Positions 38,958 to 47,277 of a stretch of DNA of 52,081 nt are shown piece after piece. Numbering within the stretch: the stretch's first letter is position 1; every line of letters begins with the position of its first letter. Source of the DNA: Chloroflexota bacterium (lineage in GTDB: Bacteria; Chloroflexota; Anaerolineae; CG2-30-64-16). Position numbers and translations under genes: made by a program. The notes under the pieces are model-generated. The model worked only from the letters and a program-made list of their open reading frames with translations. It was not told the origin of the DNA and did not search any database. The stretch spans positions 28,211 through 80,291 of the forward strand of contig JBBIKA010000002.1 in assembly GCA_037445695.1 (NCBI GenBank), written 5' to 3'.

Positions 38958-40018
38958 CGACGGCGCATGGCGGCCAGGAGGCGAGGCATTAGCACGGTGT
39001 ACGCCCAGCAGGCCAGGCGATGGACGGGGTAATCCCAGGCGCCGATCCACGGCGTGAATGCTCCGCCGAATCCTTGTTTGAAGCGATACACTCCCCACAG
39101 CGGATCGCGCTCGTCCAGCACATCGGGCGCGCCCCACCAGTCGTACCAGGTGCAGCCGGCCGCCTTGGCCCAGCGCAGCGCGGCCCATTGGAGGGCGTGA
39201 TTGGGCATCAGCTCGCGGCTCTGGCCGGTAGACGCGCCGTAGAAGTACCAGGCGGTCGGCCCGAAGCGGAAGAGGAAGAGGCCCGCGATCGGTCGGCCCT
39301 CTACTTCGGCCAGCAGCAGGTGGCCCAGGCCCTCGTTTAGAAAGCGTTCCCAGATGGTACGGTAATATCCGTAAGGCCGCACCAGGAAGCCATCGCGGGC
39401 GCCGGTCTCGACATACATGGCGTAGAAGGTCGGCAGGTCGGCTGCGCGCCCCTGGCGTATCGTCACCCCGCGGCGTTCGGCCAGGCGAATGTTGTAGCGC
39501 CATTTAGGCTTCATGGCGGCCAGGAGCGCGTCCTCGGCGGGCGTCAGGTCGGTGATCAGCGTGTGGCGGTATTGGATCTGTTCGGCCGAAGGATGCCAGC
39601 CGCGCCGGCGCAACGCGGCCATGACTCTCGTCCCCGTCTGGTCATCGGTCCGCACGTCGGGGTCAATCTTGATGAAGATGGCGCCGGCGCGCCGGGCCGC
39701 GGCTTCGAGCCGGCCGAGCACCGCCTCGACCAAAGCCGCGTTCGACCAGTCGAGCAGGGGGCCCTTGGGGACATAAGCGACCGCAACGGGCAACCCGGCC
39801 AATGGCCGGCGCACGAGCAACGCGGCCGCCGCCCGCGGCACGGCATTGGCCTCCCGCCATAAAAGCCGCGTGGCCCGCCAGCCGGTCTGCGCCTTGAGCG
39901 CGCCCCAGGCCCAGCTCTGTAAGATGTGCGGCCGGCCAAGGGCCAGCAGCGCGGCATCCCACTCCCGCGGCTCCCTCACCTCTACAACTTCCCACATCCC
40001 TTCTACCTGTGGCCTCAT
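38927..40018 (-). CDS. FemAB-family peptidyltransferase (peptidoglycan interpeptide bridge formation)
   Basis: 363 aa. HILQSWAWG..K...GW, KWRYNIRLAE and YGASTG....MPNHALQW blocks are typical of FemX/FemAB. M8 (39997) is an alternative start. Confidence 0.8.
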   Translation of the reverse strand: MRPQVEGMWEVVEVREPREWDAALLALGRPHILQSWAWGALKAQTGWRATRLLWREANAVPRAAAALLVRRPLAGLPVAVAYVPKGPLLDWSNAALVEAVLGRLEAAARRAGAIFIKIDPDVRTDDQTGTRVMAALRRRGWHPSAEQIQYRHTLITDLTPAEDALLAAMKPKWRYNIRLAERRGVTIRQGRAADLPTFYAMYVETGARDGFLVRPYGYYRTIWERFLNEGLGHLLLAEVEGRPIAGLFLFRFGPTAWYFYGASTGQSRELMPNHALQWAALRWAKAAGCTWYDWWGAPDVLDERDPLWGVYRFKQGFGGAFTPWIGAWDYPVHRLACWAYTVLMPRLLAAMRRRHHPSPIPNP

Positions 40019-40022
40019 CCGC

Positions 40023-41090
40023 CTATCCGTTTCCCGGCCGTCCCTTCAGCCGCACCGCCAGCCGGTAAGCCGTATACTCGATTTGCGACAGCGGCATATC
40101 CCAGGCGCCCGTATAGCGCACCACCTGGCCGCCGAAGCCCTGCTTGAAGCGATAGACACCCCAGAGCCCGCCCTCGCCCCAGCCGGCCGGATCGGCATAG
40201 GCGGCCGGATCGGCCCCGACCTCGTCCGGGATGCCCCACAGGTCGTAGCGGGTGCAACCGCGATCGCGGGCCCAGCGCATAGCGGCCCATTGTAGCGCGT
40301 GATTCGGCATCAGGTTGCGATCCTCATCGGCCGATGCGCCCCACATGTACCAGGCCATTCGACCCAGGGCGAAGACGGCGATGGCCGCGAGCATCCGGCC
40401 CGCGTGTTCGGCGATGAACCAGACCATCATGCCCGGCGGCCCGAACAGTTCGGTGGCGGCGGTATGATAGGCCAGGTTGTGCACGCCGAAGCGATCGCGC
40501 GCGGCGGTGACATCCATCAGCTTCTGAATGGCCGGCAGATCGGCCGGCGTGCCCCGGCGCACCGTCACGCCTTTGCGCTCGGCCAGGCGGATGTTGTAGC
40601 GCCATTTGGGTTTCATGCGCGCCAGGATCGCTTCCTCGTCGCCGGTCAGGTCCACATGGATGGTGCTGAGCGGCTGGATGCGCTGCGGGCTGCGGCGAAA
40701 GCCGGCCGCGGCCAGCAGCGCGGCGACTTCGGGCGTGTCGGGCAGCTCCGGTTCGATCTTGAGGATGCCGATGCGTCGTTTCAGACAGGTTTCGCGCAAC
40801 ACAACGAAGAGGGCACTCACGTGATCGGGGCGGCTCCAATCCACCACCGGCCCGCGCGGCACGTAGGCCAGCGTGCCGCCCCACGGCAGCCGCCGCAAGA
40901 GCACGCTGCTCCCGCCGAGCAATGGCTCGCTTAGGGCCGGGCCGGCCCGCAACGGCACGAGCAACGCGGTCCAACCGAATGTGGATTTCAGCCTGGCCCA
41001 CCGGCACGTTTGCAGGATGTGGCCGGCCGGATGTCCGGCGACGAAGGCGTCCCAGGCGATCTCAAGCGGCGCAAAAGCGATGTCAACCAT
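40023..41090 (-). CDS. FemAB-family peptidyltransferase, tandem paralog
   Basis: Same conserved blocks as its neighbour (KWRYNIRLAE, MPNHALQWAA). Start taken at ATG 41090. A TTG at 41129 with an AAGGA 7 nt upstream is an in-frame alternative. Confidence 0.8.
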   Translation of the reverse strand: MVDIAFAPLEIAWDAFVAGHPAGHILQTCRWARLKSTFGWTALLVPLRAGPALSEPLLGGSSVLLRRLPWGGTLAYVPRGPVVDWSRPDHVSALFVVLRETCLKRRIGILKIEPELPDTPEVAALLAAAGFRRSPQRIQPLSTIHVDLTGDEEAILARMKPKWRYNIRLAERKGVTVRRGTPADLPAIQKLMDVTAARDRFGVHNLAYHTAATELFGPPGMMVWFIAEHAGRMLAAIAVFALGRMAWYMWGASADEDRNLMPNHALQWAAMRWARDRGCTRYDLWGIPDEVGADPAAYADPAGWGEGGLWGVYRFKQGFGGQVVRYTGAWDMPLSQIEYTAYRLAVRLKGRPGNG

Positions 41091-41144
41091 AGTGGACGGA
41101 TTATACCGCCGATCGCGTTTCTTCACCAACTTGTCATCCTTTGT

Positions 41145-41173
41145 TTGACACCCATCCGACCCGGTGATATCAT
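41145..41173 (+). promoter_or_regulatory. Sigma-70-type promoter placed for a leaderless or near-leaderless transcript
   Basis: TTGACA (41145-41150), 17-nt spacer, TATCAT (41168-41173). The ATG at 41183 lies only 9 nt after the -10 box and has no SD. Confidence 0.55.
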
Positions 41174-41182
41174 TGCCATCCT

Positions 41183-41905
41183 ATGCAAGCGAATTTCGTG
41201 AACGGTTGGCGGGAGATCCTGGCCCGCATCTTCGATGGCTTCGTCACCGAGTACGGCTTAACCCCCGACTGGCTGGTCAACCCGGAGACGAATCGGCGAC
41301 TGAAGCTGGATTGCTTCTATCCTCAGATCGGCGTGGCGGTACGTTTCGTCGGCCTGGAGGGGGCGACGCGCAAGCAACGCAAGAGCGACGCCGAGGTGCT
41401 GGCCGAAGCCGCGCGCGAACAGGCGCGCGCAGCCGTGTGTCGCGAGCACGGCGTGATCTTGATCAGCATTGATCCCGATGGCGAGCCGCGCACGGCCCTG
41501 CGCCAGATCGAGATGGCCTTGGCGCGGGCGGCCTCGCAACTGGCGCTGAACAGCGCGGTGCCGCACGCAGAAAAACAAAAGCTGATGCCCCTCTTGTCGC
41601 AGGCCCGTCGCCGGGCGGGCGAGTTCACGACCCGGCTCACCGCGGCCGAAAAGCTGAACCTCTACGCCGAGATGTGGTGGGACCGCCAGGCGAACCTGGC
41701 TGCCCAAGCCCCGGCCCGACCGTCAACGCGTGCGCTTCCTCGCTTCGAGGTCGGCATGGAGGTGTCTCACGAGCGTTTCGGCCCCGGCCGCGTGATCGAA
41801 GTGGCGACGGAGGGCGCTGAAACCAGGGTCACCGTGGACTTCGTCGAGGCGGGCGTGCGCAGCTTTTACGCCAGTCTGGTGGCCGGCAAGCTCGTGCCCA
41901 ACTGA
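41183..41905 (+). CDS. Hypothetical protein (240 aa)
   Basis: Coding-like composition. The C-terminal FEVGMEVSHERFGPGRVIEV...VTVDFVEAGVRSF resembles the small Tudor/SH3-like tail found on UvrD/PcrA-type proteins. The N-terminal half (RLKLDCFYPQIGVAVRFVG) is faintly nuclease-fold-like. No confident family. Confidence 0.6.
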   Translation: MQANFVNGWREILARIFDGFVTEYGLTPDWLVNPETNRRLKLDCFYPQIGVAVRFVGLEGATRKQRKSDAEVLAEAAREQARAAVCREHGVILISIDPDGEPRTALRQIEMALARAASQLALNSAVPHAEKQKLMPLLSQARRRAGEFTTRLTAAEKLNLYAEMWWDRQANLAAQAPARPSTRALPRFEVGMEVSHERFGPGRVIEVATEGAETRVTVDFVEAGVRSFYASLVAGKLVPN

Positions 41906-42060
41906 GGCCGCGGCTGTCGCCGAAGGACGTTTGCCCCATATCCGGCGCCGGGCAGGAGCCGGTGTGTCTGCGCGCGGACGACCGGCCTTCGGCGGGCAGG
42001 CATGATCCAAAGCATATTTCTTTTGGGCCGATCGTCGTATAATTGGGCCTGAGGCAGACT

Positions 42061-43491
42061 ATGTTGGTACAAATCGCTCAATCATATGGAGTCGAACGCG
42101 AAAAACAGCGAGCTGCGCTGAGCTCGGTGGCAGCGGCCATCTTTCTGACGGGCATGAAGCTCGCGGTGGGCCTCTTGACCGGCAGTTTGGGCATCCTGGC
42201 CGAAGCGGCCCATTCAGGGCTCGATCTGGTGGCCGCGCTGGTGACGTTCCTGGCGGTGCGGGTTTCGGGCCGGCCCGCCGATCGCGAGCACCCCTATGGC
42301 CACGGCAAGGTCGAAAACCTCTCCGCGCTCTTCGAAACCTTGCTCTTGCTGGCCACCTGCGCCTGGATCATCTACGAGGCTTTGCAACGCCTGCTGTTCA
42401 AGCATGTCGAGGTCGAAGCGAGCCTGTGGGCCTTCCTGATCATGGGCACTTCTATCGTCGTAGATATCAGTCGTTCGCGCTTGCTCTATCGGGTGGCGAA
42501 GAAGTACGATAGCCAGGCGCTGGAGGCAGATGCCCTGCACTTCTCGACCGACATCTGGTCATCGTCGGTGGTCATCGTCGGCCTGGGGTTTGTGTTTCTC
42601 AGCGGCCGCTTACAGATGCCCTGGCTGGCCAAAGCCGATGCCGTGGCCGCGCTGGCGGTCGCCGGGATCGTGGTCTGGGTGAGCATGCAGCTCGGCCGGC
42701 GCACGGTGACGGCTCTGTTGGACGGCGTTTCGGCCACGCTGGTGGACGAAGTGGCCCATGTCGTCAAGGGCGTGCCGGGCGTGGTGGAGGCCCAGCGCGT
42801 GCGCGTGCGCCGCAGCGGCCCGGAAGCCTTCGCCGATGTGCAGGTGTCGGTCAACCGCAACGTGGCCTTCGAGCAGACGCACGAAATCGCCTCGCAGGTG
42901 GAGACCGCGGTCCATTCTGTGTTGCCGAACGCGGACGTCGTGGTGCACGTGGAGCCGATCAAGGTGGATCAGGAGGGGCTGTTGGAGACGGTTCGGCTGT
43001 TGGCCGGCCGTCACCACCTGGCCGCACACGGCATGCGCATCTACAACATGGGCCCGAGCGGCCACCTGCTCGAACTGCACCTGGAGGTGGACGAAGCGTT
43101 GACCGTGGAACAGGCGCACGCGCAGGCGACCGCCTTCGAAGAAGAGCTGCGCCGGGCGATTCCTGCGCTCGATCAGATCGTCACCCATCTCGAACCGGTC
43201 GGCGAAGAAAGCAGCCGCCGCGAGGCGACCACAGCCGACGAGGCCGAGGTGCGCCGGCTCCTCAAGGACCTGCGGGCCCAGAGCGGCATTGATTGTCATC
43301 CGCACGAGATCACCTTGCGCCACGACCGCGGGGAGCTGTCGCTCACGTTTCACTGCACCGTGGATCCGACCGCCTCGATCGGCGATGCCCATCTCCTGAC
43401 CGAGCAGGTGGAGGGGTTCCTGCGCAGTCGGCTGCCCAATCTCGGACGCGTGGTGATCCACGTGGAGCCGCGCGAAAGCTCCGCGCCGTGA
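42061..43491 (+). CDS. Cation diffusion facilitator (CDF) transporter with three tandem cytoplasmic domains
   Basis: The TM domain carries HSGLD and HxxxD-type metal-site motifs. It is followed by three ~70-80 aa repeats, each ending H(V/L)EP. ATG at 42061 follows GAGG. TATAAT at 42037. Confidence 0.85.
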   Translation: MLVQIAQSYGVEREKQRAALSSVAAAIFLTGMKLAVGLLTGSLGILAEAAHSGLDLVAALVTFLAVRVSGRPADREHPYGHGKVENLSALFETLLLLATCAWIIYEALQRLLFKHVEVEASLWAFLIMGTSIVVDISRSRLLYRVAKKYDSQALEADALHFSTDIWSSSVVIVGLGFVFLSGRLQMPWLAKADAVAALAVAGIVVWVSMQLGRRTVTALLDGVSATLVDEVAHVVKGVPGVVEAQRVRVRRSGPEAFADVQVSVNRNVAFEQTHEIASQVETAVHSVLPNADVVVHVEPIKVDQEGLLETVRLLAGRHHLAAHGMRIYNMGPSGHLLELHLEVDEALTVEQAHAQATAFEEELRRAIPALDQIVTHLEPVGEESSRREATTADEAEVRRLLKDLRAQSGIDCHPHEITLRHDRGELSLTFHCTVDPTASIGDAHLLTEQVEGFLRSRLPNLGRVVIHVEPRESSAP

Positions 43492-43506
43492 TGGTGGTCC
43501 GCCAGC

Positions 43507-43860
43507 ATGCATGAGTTGGCCGTCACCGAAGGGATCCTGAAGGTCGTGCTCGAGGCGGCCGCGCGCGCCGGCGCGCGGCGGGTCCGGACGGTTGACCTGG
43601 TCATCGGCGAACTGAGCGGGATGGTAGACGAGTCCATCCAGTTCTATTTCGACATCTTGAGCCGCGACACGCCGGCGGCCGGGGCCGTGCTCCGCTTTCA
43701 GCGCGAGCCGGCGAACATGACCTGCCTGGAATGCCACGGGTCGTTCGCCGGCCGGCCGCCCCTGCTGCCGTTCTGCCCCGTGTGTGGCAGCGCCAGGTTG
43801 CGCGTCGTCGGCGGCCGCGAGCTGCGGGTCGAGAGCATCGAGATCGAGGAAGCGACATGA
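43507..43860 (+). CDS. hypA: Hydrogenase nickel-insertion protein HypA
   Basis: Begins MHELAVTEGIL. Zinc motifs CLECH...CPVCG. Confidence 0.9.
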   Translation: MHELAVTEGILKVVLEAAARAGARRVRTVDLVIGELSGMVDESIQFYFDILSRDTPAAGAVLRFQREPANMTCLECHGSFAGRPPLLPFCPVCGSARLRVVGGRELRVESIEIEEAT

Positions 43861-44522
43861 AGATACCGGTGATACGCCACATCCTGAGCGCCAACGATCA
43901 AGTGGCGCAGGAGAACCGCGCGACGTTTCGGGCCGCGCAGGCCTTTGTCCTCAACCTGATGTCGTCGCCGGGCGCGGGCAAGACGAGCCTGATCCTGGCG
44001 ACCGCGGCGCGGCTGCCGGCGGAGATACGGCCCGGAGTCATCGAGGGGGACCTGGCTTCGCGCATTGACGCCGAGAAGGTGGCCGAACACGGCATCCCGG
44101 TCGTTCAGATCAACACCGGTGGCAATTGCCACCTGGATGCGCCGATGGTGCGCACGGCCCTGGCCGAACTGCCGCTGGCCGAGATTGATCTGCTCTTCAT
44201 CGAAAATGTCGGCAACCTGGTTTGCCCGGCCGAGTTCGACCTGGGCGCCGATCGGGCGGTCGTCGTCGCCAGCACGCCGGAAGGGCACGACAAACCGTAT
44301 AAGTACCCCGGCATGTTCGCCGTGGCCGACGCCGTGGTGCTCAACAAGGCCGATGTGGCGGCGGTCTTCGATTTCGATGTGGATTATTTTCGCCGCGGGG
44401 TGGCCATGGTAAACGAGAGGGCGCCGGTGTTCGTGGTGTCGTGCCGGACGGGCGAAGGGCTGGAGGCGTGGTTGGCATGGCTCATGGCCGAATTCTCCGG
44501 CCGCCGCGGAGAGCCGTCGTAG
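43857..44522 (+). CDS. hypB: Hydrogenase nickel-incorporation GTPase HypB
   Basis: ATGA overlap with hypA. GSPGAGKT P-loop, ENVGNLVCP and NKAD motifs. No His-rich N-terminal tract. Confidence 0.9.
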   Translation: MKIPVIRHILSANDQVAQENRATFRAAQAFVLNLMSSPGAGKTSLILATAARLPAEIRPGVIEGDLASRIDAEKVAEHGIPVVQINTGGNCHLDAPMVRTALAELPLAEIDLLFIENVGNLVCPAEFDLGADRAVVVASTPEGHDKPYKYPGMFAVADAVVLNKADVAAVFDFDVDYFRRGVAMVNERAPVFVVSCRTGEGLEAWLAWLMAEFSGRRGEPS

Positions 44523-44544
44523 AGCACGGTGGGAAGGTGCGTCC

Positions 44545-46962
44545 GTGGACGGGGAGGAAACGCGTCGGCTGCGCGTTGAAATTCACGGCGCGGTGCAGGG
44601 CGTGGGCTTTCGGCCGTTTGTCTATCGCCTGGCGACCGGCCTGGGACTGACCGGTTGGGTCATCAACGACACCCAGGGCGTGTTTGTCGAGGTGGAGGGG
44701 CCAGAGCCGGCCGTGCGCGAGTTCGTCGCGCGGCTGCCGGCCGAGGCGCCCCCGCGCGCCATCATTCAAACGATCGCGACGGCCTGGCTGGCGCCGGCCG
44801 GCTTCGCCCGCTTCGAGATCCGCCACAGCGACCATGCCGGCGCGAAGACCGCGTTGGTATTGCCCGACATCGCCACCTGTCCCGATTGCCTGGCCGAGCT
44901 GTTCGATCCGGCCGACCGGCGCTATCGCTATCCTTTCACCAATTGCACGAACTGCGGCCCGCGCTTCACGATCATCGAGGCGCTGCCCTATGACCGGCCG
45001 AATACCACCATGCGCCGGTTCGTCCTCTGCCCTGCCTGCCGCCGCGAATATGAGGATCCGCTCGACCGGCGCTTTCACGCCCAGCCGAACGCGTGCGGTG
45101 TTTGCGGCCCGCGCCTGGCGCTGTGGGCGGTGGACGAGAGCCGCGAGGCGGTGGATGCTGCGGCAGGTGTCGGCGGCCGGACCGTGGACGGCGAGCGCCG
45201 AACGGCCGGGGTTGTCCCCCGGGATGCCGAGGCGCTGCGGGCCGCGGCCGAAGCCCTGCGCGGCGGGCAGATCGTGGCGGTGAAGGGGCTGGGCGGCTTC
45301 CATCTGATGGTGGACGCCCGCAACGGCGCCGCGATCCGCCGGCTGCGCGCGAGCAAGCCTCGCCGCGCCAAGCCGTTCGCCCTGATGGCGCGCGACCTGG
45401 CCCAGGTGCGTCAGTTTTGCGCCGTCTCGCCCGCGGCCGAGGCGCTGCTGACTTCGCCCGAGGCGCCCATCGTCCTGCTGCCGAAGATCGCCGAGCGCCG
45501 GTCGCCCATCGCCGATGAAGTGGCGCCCGACAACCCCAACCTGGGCGTGATGTTGCCCTATACGCCGCTGCACCATCTGTTGCTGCGCGAGCTGGACTTC
45601 CCGGTCGTCGCGACCAGCGGCAACCTGGCGGACGAGCCGATCTGCACCGATGAGACCGAGGCACTGGCGCGGCTGGGGCACATCGCCGATGCCTTTCTCG
45701 TCCACGACCGGCCGATTGCCCGCCATGTGGACGACAGCGTGGCGTGGATCGTGGCCGGCGCGCCGCGGCTGCTGCGTCGCGCGCGCGGCTACGCGCCCCT
45801 GCCCATCACCCTGCCGCAGGAAGTCCCCACCATCCTGGCCGTCGGCGCGCACCTGAAAAACACAGTCGCGCTGAGCGTGGGCCGGCAGGTCTTCATCAGC
45901 CAACACATCGGCGACCTGGAGACGGCCGAGGCGATGGCCGCGTTCGAGCGGGTGATCGCCGACTTTCTGCGCCTGTACGAGGCGCAGCCGGTCGCCATCG
46001 CCCACGATCTGCACCCCGATTACCTTTCGACGAAGTGGGCGCAGGGACAGGGAGAAACAGGCCGAACGGACAATAAGCGGCTGATTGCGGTACAGCACCA
46101 TCATGCGCATCTCGCCGCGTGCCTGGCCGAGAATCAGGCGGCGGGACCGGCGCTGGGCGTGACCTGGGACGGCACCGGCTACGGGACGGACGGGACGATC
46201 TGGGGCGGCGAGTTCCTGCTGGGGGACGCGGCCGGCTACGAGCGCGTGGCGCATCTGCGGCCGTTCCGCCTGCCCGGCGGCGACGCGGCCATCAAGGAGC
46301 CGCGGCGCGTCGCGCTGGCGTTGCTGTGGGAGCTGTTCGGCGACGCCGCGCTGGAGATGGACGACCTGGCCCCGATCCGCGATCTGCGGCCGGCCGAACG
46401 CAAGCTGCTGGCGCAGATGCTCGCCCGCGGGGTGAATGCGCCGCGCACCACGAGCGCCGGCCGGCTCTTCGACGGCATCGCCGCGTTGATCGGCCTGCAC
46501 CAGCAGGTCAGCTTCGAGGGGCAGGCGGCGATGGCGCTGGAGTTCGCGGCCGATGACCGCGAGACGGGGGCATATGAGATGGCGTTGCGGTGGGTGGAGG
46601 AGAGGCGTGAAACGTCAAGCGTCACGTCTCATGCCTCGCGTTTCCCGCTGCTCCTCGATTGGAAGCCATTGGTGGCCGGCGCGCTGGCCGACTTGCGACA
46701 TGGCGTCTCTCAGGGTATCATAGCGGCGCGCTTTCATAACGCGTTGATCGAGGCCATCGTCGCGGTTGCCGGCCAGGTCGGCGTGGAGCAGGTTGCCTTG
46801 ACCGGCGGCTGTTTCCAAAACCGCCTGCTCACCGAGCGCGCAACCGACCGGCTGCGGCGCGCCGGATTCGCCGTGCTGTTGCATCGCCAGGTGCCGCCCA
46901 ACGACGGTGGCATCAGCTTGGGCCAGGTGGCCGTCGCCGCCGCCCACCTGCCCAATCCCTAA
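44545..46962 (+). CDS. hypF: Carbamoyltransferase HypF
   Basis: 805 aa. Acylphosphatase domain (VQGVGFRPFV), two CxxC zinc-finger pairs, YrdC-like domain (VKGLGGFHL) and Kae1-like C-terminal domain. GTG start. Confidence 0.92.
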   Translation: MDGEETRRLRVEIHGAVQGVGFRPFVYRLATGLGLTGWVINDTQGVFVEVEGPEPAVREFVARLPAEAPPRAIIQTIATAWLAPAGFARFEIRHSDHAGAKTALVLPDIATCPDCLAELFDPADRRYRYPFTNCTNCGPRFTIIEALPYDRPNTTMRRFVLCPACRREYEDPLDRRFHAQPNACGVCGPRLALWAVDESREAVDAAAGVGGRTVDGERRTAGVVPRDAEALRAAAEALRGGQIVAVKGLGGFHLMVDARNGAAIRRLRASKPRRAKPFALMARDLAQVRQFCAVSPAAEALLTSPEAPIVLLPKIAERRSPIADEVAPDNPNLGVMLPYTPLHHLLLRELDFPVVATSGNLADEPICTDETEALARLGHIADAFLVHDRPIARHVDDSVAWIVAGAPRLLRRARGYAPLPITLPQEVPTILAVGAHLKNTVALSVGRQVFISQHIGDLETAEAMAAFERVIADFLRLYEAQPVAIAHDLHPDYLSTKWAQGQGETGRTDNKRLIAVQHHHAHLAACLAENQAAGPALGVTWDGTGYGTDGTIWGGEFLLGDAAGYERVAHLRPFRLPGGDAAIKEPRRVALALLWELFGDAALEMDDLAPIRDLRPAERKLLAQMLARGVNAPRTTSAGRLFDGIAALIGLHQQVSFEGQAAMALEFAADDRETGAYEMALRWVEERRETSSVTSHASRFPLLLDWKPLVAGALADLRHGVSQGIIAARFHNALIEAIVAVAGQVGVEQVALTGGCFQNRLLTERATDRLRRAGFAVLLHRQVPPNDGGISLGQVAVAAAHLPNP

Positions 46963-46980
46963 TCCCAAATCCCATACCCC
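46951..46980. repeat. C-tract telomere-like motif (AATCCC units) spanning the hypF stop
   Basis: cccaatccctaatcccaaatcccatacccc. The first 16 nt are the exact reverse complement of 38923-38938. Confidence 0.85.
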
Positions 46981-46989
46981 GGAGGCAAC

Positions 46990-47241
46990 ATGTGTCTCGG
47001 CGTTCCCGGCAAAATCCTCAGCATTGAACCCAACCCCCTGGGCATGACCATGGGCAAGGTGAGCTTCGGCGGCGTGGCGAAAGAGGTGTGCCTGGCCTAC
47101 GTGCCCGAAGCGCAGGTGGGCGATTATGTCATCGTTCACGCCGGTTTTGCCCTGAACAAGCTGGACGAGGCGGAAGCGCTGGAGGTGTTTGAGCTGTTGA
47201 AGGAAATGGGGGAGTTGGAGGGCGTGACGGGTGAAGCGTGA
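46990..47241 (+). CDS. hypC: Hydrogenase maturation chaperone HypC
   Basis: Begins MCLGVPGK (N-terminal Cys2). GGAGG RBS. Confidence 0.9.
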   Translation: MCLGVPGKILSIEPNPLGMTMGKVSFGGVAKEVCLAYVPEAQVGDYVIVHAGFALNKLDEAEALEVFELLKEMGELEGVTGEA

Positions 47242-47277
47242 AATGTCTGACGTCGCTCGGAAAGGCGGGCAGAAGCC

